DNA of 32,350 bases, taken from IMG/VR virus record IMGVR_UViG_3300032116_000833, positions 1 to 32,350 of that record; one strand, written 5' to 3'. The DNA is from a virus (taxonomy: Duplodnaviria > Caudoviricetes). Shown in pieces: positions 9,397-17,523 of this stretch (its first letter is position 1; each line of letters starts with the position of its first letter). The notes under the pieces are model-generated. The model ran no database searches. It was not told the origin of the DNA and worked only from the letters and a program-made list of their open reading frames with translations. A program made the translations under genes and the position numbers.

Positions 9397-9910
9397 TATG
9401 AATAGAAGACCTCTACATTTTATTACCCGTGAGAAAGAATGGGAACTGATACAAAGATTAGAAACGATTGTAGATAGTTACGATTTTGATCCAAAAACAA
9501 CTGCGGTAATAATGGCAAGTCCTGATTATTCAGCAACAGTAGCCATGCACTTAGCACATGCATGGTCACGCAAAGGAGAAATGCTTCCAATTATTCCAGT
9601 TGATGTGGCTTATCCAAACGAATCTGTTACGCCTTACATTGATAAAATGACAATGCAAGCAGGAGATATCAGACAATATGAAAATCTTGTATTGGTAGAA
9701 GCTGGAATTATTCGCGGTGGTAATTGGACCTGGATGTTGAGTGTTCTTAATTTGTGGGGATACAATAGAACAAATATCACACTGGTTGCTATGTGTGAGA
9801 ATATTCATAGCAAAGTTAAGTCCGATTATGTTGCTGAATATTATGATGATGAAAAAGAAGAATTGATGTTTTACTTTGAAAAGTTTAATAAAAACTGGGC
9901 AGTTAGATAA
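9386..9910 (+). CDS. Phosphoribosyltransferase-fold protein (degenerate PRPP loop)
   Basis: LVLVEAGIIRGGN resembles the type I PRTase VLLVDD...SG.T loop. Confidence 0.45.
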   Translation: MKDDMNRRPLHFITREKEWELIQRLETIVDSYDFDPKTTAVIMASPDYSATVAMHLAHAWSRKGEMLPIIPVDVAYPNESVTPYIDKMTMQAGDIRQYENLVLVEAGIIRGGNWTWMLSVLNLWGYNRTNITLVAMCENIHSKVKSDYVAEYYDDEKEELMFYFEKFNKNWAVR

Positions 9911-9930
9911 CCACAAAAATAAAGGAAAAA

Positions 9931-10371
9931 ATGAAAAAAATAATTATAAGCGTAATGGCTATGCTATCAATCGTAGCATTTGCTCAAGGTAAACAGAAAG
10001 ATGGAGTAATCTATGATGCGGTCATCACCAGAGTTATTGATGGTGATACTGTAGCATTTCAAGCACCATTTCTACCTGCACCATTAAAGCAGGAACTATC
10101 CATTCGTGTGTTCGGTGTTGATACACCAGAAAAGGGACACAGAGCGCAATGCCCAAGCGAGGATCAAAGAGGTCAGGCTGCATCGGCATTTACCAAAGCA
10201 CAAATCAATGCATCAACCAAGCGTCAGGTCATTCTGATGGACTGGGACAAATATGGTGGGCGTGTGTTGGGTGATGTTGTTCTTGATGGTAAGAGTTTAA
10301 GACAGATGTTAATAGCAAACGGTTTTGCCCGTGAATACTACGGTGAAGCCAAACAAAGTTGGTGCAATTAA
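9931..10371 (+). CDS. Thermonuclease/SNase-family nuclease with signal peptide
   Basis: RVIDGDT, IRVFGVDTPE, DKYGGRVLG; N-terminal MKK-hydrophobic-AFA. Confidence 0.9.
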   Translation: MKKIIISVMAMLSIVAFAQGKQKDGVIYDAVITRVIDGDTVAFQAPFLPAPLKQELSIRVFGVDTPEKGHRAQCPSEDQRGQAASAFTKAQINASTKRQVILMDWDKYGGRVLGDVVLDGKSLRQMLIANGFAREYYGEAKQSWCN

Positions 10372-10372
10372 A

Positions 10373-10618
10373 ATGAGAAAAATTATTAGATTTACGGCTG
10401 AATGGTGCCAGCCCTGCAAGACACTATCAAAACAATTGGAAACAATGGAGTTAAATCTTCCTATTGATGTAATTGATATTGACAAAGACCCAGAGATTGC
10501 AATAGAATATGGCATTCGGTCAGTACCAACACTTGTGCTTATGGAAGACAATGAAGTCAAAAGCAAAATCGTTGGGCTAAAAGCACCGCATGAAATTAGA
10601 GAATGGGCCACAGCATGA
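10373..10618 (+). CDS. Thioredoxin
   Basis: WCQPC active site and IRSVPT cis-Pro motif; ATG at 10373. Confidence 0.92.
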   Translation: MRKIIRFTAEWCQPCKTLSKQLETMELNLPIDVIDIDKDPEIAIEYGIRSVPTLVLMEDNEVKSKIVGLKAPHEIREWATA

Positions 10619-10689
10619 TTAAGAGAGTAATCTCTTGGCTAATTAAAAAAATTAAGAAACCAAAAACCAACGACAAATTTATTTACTGA
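10615..10689 (+). CDS. 24 aa basic micropeptide ending DKFIY
   Basis: MIKRVISWLIKKIKKPKTNDKFIY; coupled to both neighbours (ATGA and TGATG). Confidence 0.6.
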   Translation: MIKRVISWLIKKIKKPKTNDKFIY

Positions 10690-11345
10690 TGATAATTGCT
10701 TTTGGTGATAGTTTTACTTACGGATTCAATTTCAATGAGAGTGAGAGATTAAACAATGTTTATCCAACATTACTCGGAAAGAAATTGAATCAGCCTGTTT
10801 TAAATACAGCATTACCCGGAGCAAGTAACTGGCGTATAGCTAGGATGATTCAGTCCATGAATATTACAAAAGATGATATTGTAATTATTTCATGGACCGA
10901 ACCAACTAGATTTGAGTTAGGTGTTAACAAACGACATTATGTGCCACCAATTAAGGAGAATAGAATTGGTGATTTGAATGAGACTGAGGGTGACTTGATA
11001 ACTAAAAGATTCTTTATTCAACTTACGGATAGAACTACCGATAAAGACGCAAAGAAAATAAACGAATTAGTCTATTCAGAATTCAATAATGAAAAATGGT
11101 TCCAAGAAATGTTTAAGGTGATGTACAATAGTTGCATTCAAGTGTTAGAAAAGTCTGGTTGCAAATGGTTAATGTTTAATGCATGGATTAAACAAGCTGA
11201 TGGTGAGTATCATAAGAATTATGTTTACAGTAATACTACCATGAGTGGCATAATACAAAAAAATACTCCAGGATATTGGACTAAACAAGAACATGAAAAA
11301 GTTTCTAATACTTTGATAAATTGTTTGGATGAATTGTATGGTTAG
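10689..11345 (+). CDS. SGNH/GDSL hydrolase-fold protein
   Basis: FGDSFTYG block I, N.A.PGASN block II, WT...R. Confidence 0.75.
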   Translation: MIIAFGDSFTYGFNFNESERLNNVYPTLLGKKLNQPVLNTALPGASNWRIARMIQSMNITKDDIVIISWTEPTRFELGVNKRHYVPPIKENRIGDLNETEGDLITKRFFIQLTDRTTDKDAKKINELVYSEFNNEKWFQEMFKVMYNSCIQVLEKSGCKWLMFNAWIKQADGEYHKNYVYSNTTMSGIIQKNTPGYWTKQEHEKVSNTLINCLDELYG

Positions 11346-12174
11346 ATATTGGGGTGTTAATGCTTTTGGGCATGATGCATCTTTATGTGTTGTTGAGAAT
11401 GATATGGTAATATTCCATAAATTGAGTGGTGGTGAATTTTTGACAGAGGGCGTTGTTGATGATGCATTGTCATTTGGCAAGCCTGATGTAATTTGTTACT
11501 ATGAGAATCCTTTGTTGAAACGAACAAGACAATTGTATTCTGGCGAATGGAATAAAGCATTCAACATGTTGACACCAAAGTTACACATGTTGGAGTTTGG
11601 TATAAATTGCCCGATAAAGTATGTTGGTCATCATCATAGCCATGCCGCGGCATCTTACTTGACAAGCGAATTAAATGATGCTATAATATTAGTTGCTGAT
11701 GCTATTGGTGAATGGGAAACAGTTACAGTTTGGCATGCGGTTGGTAATAACTTAACCAAACTTGATAGTCACAGATATCCATTTAGTTTGGGTTTGTTTT
11801 ATACAGCATTCTCCAAATTATATGGTGTTAGTGAAAGAGAATTTATGAAGTTGAGTGTTGATGAATATCCAATACACTATGTAAAGGCAAAAAAATATCT
11901 GGATATAAATTTGCATAAGGGAATAAAAGATTGGGGTGAAGTGGATAAAAATCTACCAGCTTCGGTCCAAAAGGTCTTTGTTGATGCACTTATAGATATT
12001 GTTAAACCATTTAAGGGAATGTCAAATAATTTATTGATGGCTGGTGGGTGTGCATTTAATGAATTAGCAGTTAAACAATTAAACGCAAGAGTTACAATTA
12101 GTCCTGGTGATTCCAGTTCCTCCATTGGTGCTGTTGCGGCATATTTAAATAAAAGATTAAAAGGAAATAAATGA
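11338..12174 (+). CDS. Carbamoyltransferase (NodU/CmcH/TobZ family), N-terminal Kae1-like domain only
   Basis: GHDAS, YYENP, HHHSHAA, DAIGE, SLGLFY, AGGCAFN, PGD.SSSIGA; ends before any C-terminal domain; start may be 11329 or 11338. Confidence 0.8.
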   Translation: MVRYWGVNAFGHDASLCVVENDMVIFHKLSGGEFLTEGVVDDALSFGKPDVICYYENPLLKRTRQLYSGEWNKAFNMLTPKLHMLEFGINCPIKYVGHHHSHAAASYLTSELNDAIILVADAIGEWETVTVWHAVGNNLTKLDSHRYPFSLGLFYTAFSKLYGVSEREFMKLSVDEYPIHYVKAKKYLDINLHKGIKDWGEVDKNLPASVQKVFVDALIDIVKPFKGMSNNLLMAGGCAFNELAVKQLNARVTISPGDSSSSIGAVAAYLNKRLKGNK

Positions 12175-13163
12175 TTAAGAAAACAACAAGCAGACTAACG
12201 GATGAAAGAAATCATTTCAAGCCGTTCAATTATCCATGGGCCTATGAATCATGGCTAAAGCATGAACAATCGCATTGGTTGCACACCGAGGTGCCGATGC
12301 TTGAAGATGTGAAAGATTGGAAGAAGAAACTAACCAATGAAGAAAAACAATTTCTAACGCACATCTTCCGTTTCTTCACACAAGGTGATATTGACGTAGC
12401 TGGTGGTTATGTAAAGAATTATCTACCACATTTTCCACAGCCTGAGGTGCGTATGATGTTGATGGGCTTTGCCGCAAGAGAAGCATTGCACGTAGCCGCA
12501 TACAGTCACCTAATTGAAACTCTTGGGCTACCAGAGACAACATACAATCAATTTTTAGACTACCAAGAAATGAAGGACAAACATGATTACGTTTTGGATA
12601 TATCTCTACAAAATGATTCAAGTAGTTCTGTTGCTACTCATATTGCAGTATTCAGTGCTTTCACCGAAGGGATGCAACTATTCAGTTCCTTTATCATGTT
12701 ACTTAACTTCCCTAGAACCGGTAAAATGAAGGGCATGGGTCAGATTGTGACATGGTCTATAGTTGATGAAACTATGCATGCCGAGTCCATGATTAAGTTG
12801 TTCCGCACGTACATTGAAGAAAACAAGGAAATATGGAACGATGAACTTAAAGGAAAAATCTATTCTATTGCTGAGAAAATGGTTCAGTTGGAAGACAAGT
12901 TTATTGATTTGGCATTCAGTATGGGTCCTATGGATCGCCTTACTGCTGATGATGTTAAACAATATATTCGTTACATTGCTGACCGTAGGCTTATTAGTTT
13001 GGGTCTTAAGGGAATAATGAAAGTGAAACGCAATCCATTGCCTTGGGTGGAAGAAATGATTAATGCACCAACGCATACCAATTTCTTTGAGAATAGATCC
13101 ACTGATTACTCAAAGGGTGCCCTATCTGGTACATGGGACGATGTTTGGGGCAAGGCTGCATAA
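12171..13163 (+). CDS. nrdB: Ribonucleotide reductase class I beta subunit
   Basis: FTQGD, EALH..AY (radical Tyr), EGMQLF, DETMH, NFFE. Confidence 0.96.
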   Translation: MIKKTTSRLTDERNHFKPFNYPWAYESWLKHEQSHWLHTEVPMLEDVKDWKKKLTNEEKQFLTHIFRFFTQGDIDVAGGYVKNYLPHFPQPEVRMMLMGFAAREALHVAAYSHLIETLGLPETTYNQFLDYQEMKDKHDYVLDISLQNDSSSSVATHIAVFSAFTEGMQLFSSFIMLLNFPRTGKMKGMGQIVTWSIVDETMHAESMIKLFRTYIEENKEIWNDELKGKIYSIAEKMVQLEDKFIDLAFSMGPMDRLTADDVKQYIRYIADRRLISLGLKGIMKVKRNPLPWVEEMINAPTHTNFFENRSTDYSKGALSGTWDDVWGKAA

Positions 13164-13168
13164 TTACC

Positions 13169-13197
13169 TTGACATTGTGATTGTATTGTTATATAAT
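13169..13197 (+). promoter_or_regulatory. sigma70 promoter, probably leaderless
   Basis: TTGACA-17-TATAAT with ATG 5 nt downstream and no RBS. Confidence 0.75.
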
Positions 13198-13202
13198 GAA
13201 CT

Positions 13203-13436
13203 ATGCGTATAATTGATTTGATTAAAAAACTTGAGGACCTCTATTGCACCTATGATGATGAATACAAACATCACATGGGTGAGCCTGAGATTATGATTGA
13301 TGTGTTTGGTGATACCGATACACCACACCTATTTGAATATAGAGGTTTCTCAAAAGACATTTGCATAGACAAGAGTGCGGATGGTGTGTATGATATTATT
13401 AGAGCATTTGACATAAAGGAAGAAAATAATGGCTGA
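13203..13436 (+). CDS. Hypothetical protein
   Basis: ORF directly after the promoter, tightly packed. Confidence 0.65.
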   Translation: MRIIDLIKKLEDLYCTYDDEYKHHMGEPEIMIDVFGDTDTPHLFEYRGFSKDICIDKSADGVYDIIRAFDIKEENNG

Positions 13437-13611
13437 TGAAAAAACTGAATTGAAACAAGAAGCTGGACCAAAGCGTAAGATTACCCAAATTACAACCGCA
13501 ACAACAAATTCTGGTAGAATTATTGTGACTGCATTGTGTAACGATGGTACATTGTGGCGCCGTGATGTAATCAATGACAGCACCGAGTGGGAACAAATTA
13601 GAGGCATCTAA
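13429..13611 (+). CDS. Hypothetical phage protein
   Basis: KITQI...ALC.DGTLW...W..I motif seen in small phage proteins. Confidence 0.65.
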   Translation: MADEKTELKQEAGPKRKITQITTATTNSGRIIVTALCNDGTLWRRDVINDSTEWEQIRGI

Positions 13612-13961
13612 TGGCAATAACAAACATGATTGGAAATAATCCAGCACAATTCAATTGGGCTGATGAAGAATTTACATTTAAAACAATGGAGTATCCTATC
13701 GGTGGTAAATTACTAAGCGGATCATTAGATATAACATTTGCTGATATTGATAGATTTTTAACGGATGATGATTTCAAAAATGCTATTAAGCAAAGAATGG
13801 CAACACATCTGGTTAAATGTATGATGGAAAATAATCTAATAGAGTTTACTAAAATTGAAGATTCAACGACTGGTTCATACAGATTACATGCAAGGTGTTA
13901 TCTAGCGCCTAATGACCAAGTAAAAATATTAAGGACACATTATGGAAGTTGCAAAGCGTGA
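13611..13961 (+). CDS. Hypothetical protein
   Basis: TAATG coupling. Confidence 0.6.
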   Translation: MAITNMIGNNPAQFNWADEEFTFKTMEYPIGGKLLSGSLDITFADIDRFLTDDDFKNAIKQRMATHLVKCMMENNLIEFTKIEDSTTGSYRLHARCYLAPNDQVKILRTHYGSCKA

Positions 13962-14295
13962 GAAGGATTGGTGGGAACATCACCCACTCCATAAACTATG
14001 GTGCAATGATGCTTGCCCATTAGTACCACGGTTTAATTATAGACCAGGTGATGAATGGAATGCAAACGCTTGGTCATTACATTGGTTATTATTCCATATC
14101 TGGACAATGGAACATTTTAGTTTTGGTGTTGATGTGAACCTACAAGCAGATAGTATTTCTGTTGGTTTCATTTTGCCATATCTGAGAGTTATAATTGGCT
14201 TTCATCATATGTGGCAATGGACATGGTTATATAAACTCAACCGTATGTTACGCCGTAATCCAGCATTGAAGAACTACAAAGGTGAATACAATTGA
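13942..14295 (+). CDS. Trp/His-rich hypothetical protein
   Basis: AAGGA RBS, packed ORF. Confidence 0.6.
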   Translation: MEVAKREKDWWEHHPLHKLWCNDACPLVPRFNYRPGDEWNANAWSLHWLLFHIWTMEHFSFGVDVNLQADSISVGFILPYLRVIIGFHHMWQWTWLYKLNRMLRRNPALKNYKGEYN

Positions 14296-14408
14296 TCCAA
14301 CTTGAATGGTTCATATACGGTGCATTCTTTGGTTGGATAGCACAACCACTATGGGATGTAATTAAGAAAATTGTAAGTGAAGCAAAAAAAGCAAAGGAAG
14401 AATGGTAA
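14292..14408 (+). CDS. 38 aa membrane peptide (TTG start)
   Basis: Fills the gap exactly, coupled at both ends; hydrophobic N-terminal half. Confidence 0.5.
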   Translation: MIQLEWFIYGAFFGWIAQPLWDVIKKIVSEAKKAKEEW

Positions 14409-14614
14409 TGGAAATAGAATCAGCATTGTATTTTTTGGGTGGCTCAATCTTTATTGGGCTTGGTCTTTGTATCATTGGCGGTTTTGTATTGTTGTTGAAC
14501 AATATTTACCATAAATTTTGGAAGCCTGTTGAATGGACAATACCACAATATAGATTCATTGATGCGGTTGCAGAACCAAAGCCAATTGACAAGGCAAACG
14601 AACCTAAGCTATAA
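14408..14614 (+). CDS. Single-TM hypothetical protein
   Basis: Hydrophobic helix; TAATG coupling. Confidence 0.6.
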   Translation: MEIESALYFLGGSIFIGLGLCIIGGFVLLLNNIYHKFWKPVEWTIPQYRFIDAVAEPKPIDKANEPKL

Positions 14615-14935
14615 TTAAAAATAATTATACTTAGTCAAATTTTCTTTACGAGTTAAAATTTGCAAATTATTCTCCACATGTAAACCAGAAACATCATCTC
14701 CATTTAATGGAATTATATGGTCAACCTCATGTTTAATTCCAGTTTTATGTTCTAATAACACAGCTTCGGTGTATATTTTTAGAATTTCTGCTTTATTGGC
14801 CCAAGATGGATATTTTTGTTGTTGTTTAGCTCTACTAATTCCTGACCTAAAACGTGAATTGATTGCATATTTCAACCAATATTGTTCTTTTTCCTCAGGT
14901 GTCTTTTTATTGTATGCGTTTGGATGATTTTTCAT
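14615..14935 (-). CDS. Small HNH endonuclease (only credible minus-strand gene)
   Basis: HEVDHIIPLNG..VSGLHVENNLQIL...EN..K.N; GAGG RBS. Confidence 0.88.
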   Translation of the reverse strand: MKNHPNAYNKKTPEEKEQYWLKYAINSRFRSGISRAKQQQKYPSWANKAEILKIYTEAVLLEHKTGIKHEVDHIIPLNGDDVSGLHVENNLQILTRKENLTKYNYF

Positions 14936-14966
14936 TTGTACCCTCTGACTGGTTAATATATAATTT

Positions 14967-15024
14967 TGTGGGACAGCCCAACTCTGACTGGGTTTTCTAA
15001 TGCTCCAACATTAGAATTACCACA
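14967..15024 (-). ncRNA. Putative three-way-junction structured leader RNA of the HNH gene
   Basis: Closing stem UGUGG/CCACA with hairpins UUCUAAUG/CAUUAGAA and CCCA/UGGG; both hairpins extend by G-U pairs only on the minus strand. Confidence 0.55.
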
Positions 15025-15026
15025 TT

Positions 15027-15034
15027 TATTTATG
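15027..15034 (-). promoter_or_regulatory. T4-type late promoter variant (CATAAATA)
   Basis: Lies immediately 5' of the structured leader on the minus strand. Confidence 0.5.
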
Positions 15035-15125
15035 CATTAGACTTGGTATTCTAGTGTTTTATTAGTGTAATTCTCTAGTTTGCTAATATATATTAGTATG
15101 ACACAGCCAAAAGGAGTGCATACAA

Positions 15126-15206
15126 ATGAAAAATTATATACAAGAACTTTACCTTGAATTAAAATTGCTTGTAAAAGAGTTTAATTCACCAATCGCTTAT
15201 CAATAA
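15126..15206 (+). CDS. 26 aa peptide MKNYIQELYLELKLLVKEFNSPIAYQ
   Basis: AAGGAG RBS; stop overlaps the next RBS. Confidence 0.5.
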   Translation: MKNYIQELYLELKLLVKEFNSPIAYQ

Positions 15207-15215
15207 GGAAACAAA

Positions 15216-15443
15216 ATGGATATCAAAGAAATTCAAACCAAATCAAAAGAATTCACAATCGCAATGATTGATGCAAACGAACAAGCATTCAATGCTGGTA
15301 TCAAAGCATTTAACAAACTAATAGGATCCGATTATGCTACATATACGTATGGGCTAACATTTATGGGATCGGAAATTAGTAAAAATGCAAGAAAAATCGT
15401 TGAGGAATTCTCAGACCTTGCTCCTGCAGGAAATAAAAAGTAA
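15216..15443 (+). CDS. Amphipathic helical protein, possibly phasin-like
   Basis: AAGGA RBS; composition and size only. Confidence 0.5.
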   Translation: MDIKEIQTKSKEFTIAMIDANEQAFNAGIKAFNKLIGSDYATYTYGLTFMGSEISKNARKIVEEFSDLAPAGNKK

Positions 15444-15651
15444 TCTCAATTGCTTTCACCCGGTCGTTCGCAACGGCTGGGTTATTAAATTTTCCATCTA
15501 TAAAGACACCGGCATTCTTCTAATTTTTACCTCAAAGTATACTGGCCAGACAATAATCCGATACTGCGATTCAGAAGATAGCGCGGTGGACTATATAAAT
15601 ATAGTCATAGAAAAAGACGCAACGGTCCATCAAGACCACAGAGAATTTTAA
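15385..15651 (+). CDS. Hypothetical protein (start uncertain)
   Basis: Fills the region between flanking genes. Confidence 0.55.
   Translation: MQEKSLRNSQTLLLQEIKSNLNCFHPVVRNGWVIKFSIYKDTGILLIFTSKYTGQTIIRYCDSEDSAVDYINIVIEKDATVHQDHREF
15594..15601 (+). promoter_or_regulatory. T4 late promoter
   Basis: Exact TATAAATA 60 nt upstream of a structural-type gene. Confidence 0.65.
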
Positions 15652-15660
15652 GGAGATAAA

Positions 15661-16071
15661 ATGGCAATGACCATGTCGGGAACGACACTAACATTTAACG
15701 ATAGTACAACACAATCAACTGCGGCGGGTGGTGCGCCTGCACACCTAGCAATTGGACATGTAGGACTTATGTTACACACCCTCAACTCTAAAACATTCCC
15801 CGGAAATACTCAATCTGGTGGTTATCTCTATAAACTTACTTCTGGTGTACCAAGCCCCCGCGGCATCGGTGAGGTTCATTATTTTAATGGCCATGTTGTT
15901 AATAGCACAGCTGCCACCATTAACTTTTACGGTTCAGGCACATCATCTAATAGTTCTGGCACATGGAGATTTGTCGGCGCTTATGATTACATCATAACTC
16001 AAAACACCGTTGACGGTTATGGAATTGCGCTCACAAGCACCTTTCCAAATCTATGGCAGAGAATATCTTAA
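15661..16071 (+). CDS. Short fibre/virion decoration-like protein
   Basis: G/S/T-rich, F.D.TTQ.TA N-terminus, GTWR and LWQRIS tail-fibre-tip-like ending. Confidence 0.6.
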   Translation: MAMTMSGTTLTFNDSTTQSTAAGGAPAHLAIGHVGLMLHTLNSKTFPGNTQSGGYLYKLTSGVPSPRGIGEVHYFNGHVVNSTAATINFYGSGTSSNSSGTWRFVGAYDYIITQNTVDGYGIALTSTFPNLWQRIS

Positions 16072-16086
16072 TTTTGAAAGAAAATA

Positions 16087-16389
16087 ATGATTATAGTTCA
16101 AGAAATTAATTACACAGTTGTCCGAAATTTAAAATGGACAAATCCAGAGCATACCGCATTTGATTGCGAAGTAAATTTCAATCATTTGTTTGAAAATTTT
16201 GTTCCATTTCATTGCACAAAAGCGGAAGCTGAAGGATTGATATACACTCACTCAACAGAAATATGGGAAAAAGCGTTATCAGGTGAATTTGGTCCAATTG
16301 CTGAATACGAAGAACCTGTCCAACCAGAACCGGTTCTTATGCCCGGAATTGAAATTATTCCATCTACAAACCCAGGAGACTTTACATGA
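16087..16389 (+). CDS. Tail fibre assembly chaperone-like protein
   Basis: W.N...T.FDCEV.F....VPF...GEFGPIAEY motif; follows the fibre gene. Confidence 0.6.
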   Translation: MIIVQEINYTVVRNLKWTNPEHTAFDCEVNFNHLFENFVPFHCTKAEAEGLIYTHSTEIWEKALSGEFGPIAEYEEPVQPEPVLMPGIEIIPSTNPGDFT

Positions 16390-16751
16390 GCATTCAAGTC
16401 CATATTGGTTGTGTGGAAAATTTATACACACGCATGATGTATTTTGAAAATACTGGTGATATTGAAGTTGGTCACGTTCATCAACACGACCATTTGACTT
16501 TGCTTGCTAAAGGCAAATTAAAAGTAACCATTGATGGCAATGTAACAGAATTTAATGCACCTCATATGATTTATATCAATAAAGATAAAGTGCATGAACT
16601 TGAAGCATTATCTAACAATACAGTTGCTTATTGCATTCATGCATTAAGAGACAATGAAACTGGTGATATATTGGATCCTGCTATGGTACCAAAAGGATCC
16701 ATTGCTCAAGCATTACAAGCGGCAGAGCCATTAATTGTTCGTGAGAGTTAA
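16386..16751 (+). CDS. Cupin-domain protein
   Basis: GHVHQHDH.TLL..G...H.L.A cupin motifs. Confidence 0.8.
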   Translation: MSIQVHIGCVENLYTRMMYFENTGDIEVGHVHQHDHLTLLAKGKLKVTIDGNVTEFNAPHMIYINKDKVHELEALSNNTVAYCIHALRDNETGDILDPAMVPKGSIAQALQAAEPLIVRES

Positions 16752-17238
16752 ACAACGATTAATTAAATCTTGGTCATACGCTAATCAGGTAGCTCCAGCG
16801 ACAACAGGATTTATTAACAATCCTGTTAGTCTTGGTAGAAGATTTGCGGCACAAGATTCACATCCGCTGTGGTCAAAAGCATTTTCAGAATTTGGCCTTA
16901 CTCCTGTTTCTGTAGAACCAGTATATAAATGTTTCACTGGTAACCATTTTATTGATGGTACTTTTACTCACAAGCATATTGATAGAGCACCTGAAGGACT
17001 AGTCCACACCAGATGTAATTTAATGATTAAGAAACCACCAATCGGTGGTGATCCAATTCTTGATGATGAAGTTATGCATGTTGAAGAAGGTGATTTATGG
17101 TTATGTTTGGCTAGTATGGAGTATCATGCAAGCACGCCGATACAAGGCGGTGAAAGAATTATATTTTCATTCGGTGGTCTTGTGCCAAAAGAACAAATCA
17201 ATAATCTATTATGCATTACACAAAACGATTCAAACTAA
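16735..17238 (+). CDS. 2OG-Fe(II) oxygenase
   Basis: HID...H(ASTP)...R..FS facial-triad and 2OG-binding pattern; GG preceding a strand. Confidence 0.75.
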   Translation: MFVRVKQRLIKSWSYANQVAPATTGFINNPVSLGRRFAAQDSHPLWSKAFSEFGLTPVSVEPVYKCFTGNHFIDGTFTHKHIDRAPEGLVHTRCNLMIKKPPIGGDPILDDEVMHVEEGDLWLCLASMEYHASTPIQGGERIIFSFGGLVPKEQINNLLCITQNDSN

Positions 17239-17456
17239 ACAAATATAAGTTAGTGCTTGCATACAGCATCAAATGGAAATCATTTCCAGGCGATGATGGT
17301 AGATATTATGAGAGTGAAGAAGTTAAGTATATTAAATTTGAATTGGTGAATAGAATGATAAGCCGTGATGATTCTGAAAGCAACTACCGAGGCTTTACAT
17401 TACTTGGCATCCATGTTGGTATTGGTCATATGAGCCAAACAGAACAGATTATTTAA
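17211..17456 (+). CDS. Hypothetical protein
   Basis: Packed ORF ending before the terminator. Confidence 0.5.
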   Translation: MHYTKRFKLNKYKLVLAYSIKWKSFPGDDGRYYESEEVKYIKFELVNRMISRDDSESNYRGFTLLGIHVGIGHMSQTEQII

Positions 17457-17461
17457 TTACC

Positions 17462-17490
17462 TTGACAATCACACCGGGCTATGGTATAAT
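17462..17490 (+). promoter_or_regulatory. sigma70 promoter
   Basis: TTGACA-17-TATAAT with extended TG. Confidence 0.8.
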
Positions 17491-17509
17491 GTTACTATAG
17501 CCCTTTTTT
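17476..17509 (+). terminator. Intrinsic terminator overlapping the -10 box
   Basis: GGGCTATGGTA/TACTATAGCCC 11 bp stem (one G-U) followed by T6. Confidence 0.8.
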
Positions 17510-17523
17510 ATTGGAGAAATAAA

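Noticed and set aside
7585-13163. Introns or inteins in nrdA/nrdB
   Set aside because: Both ORFs are continuous, compact and contain the expected motifs in order.
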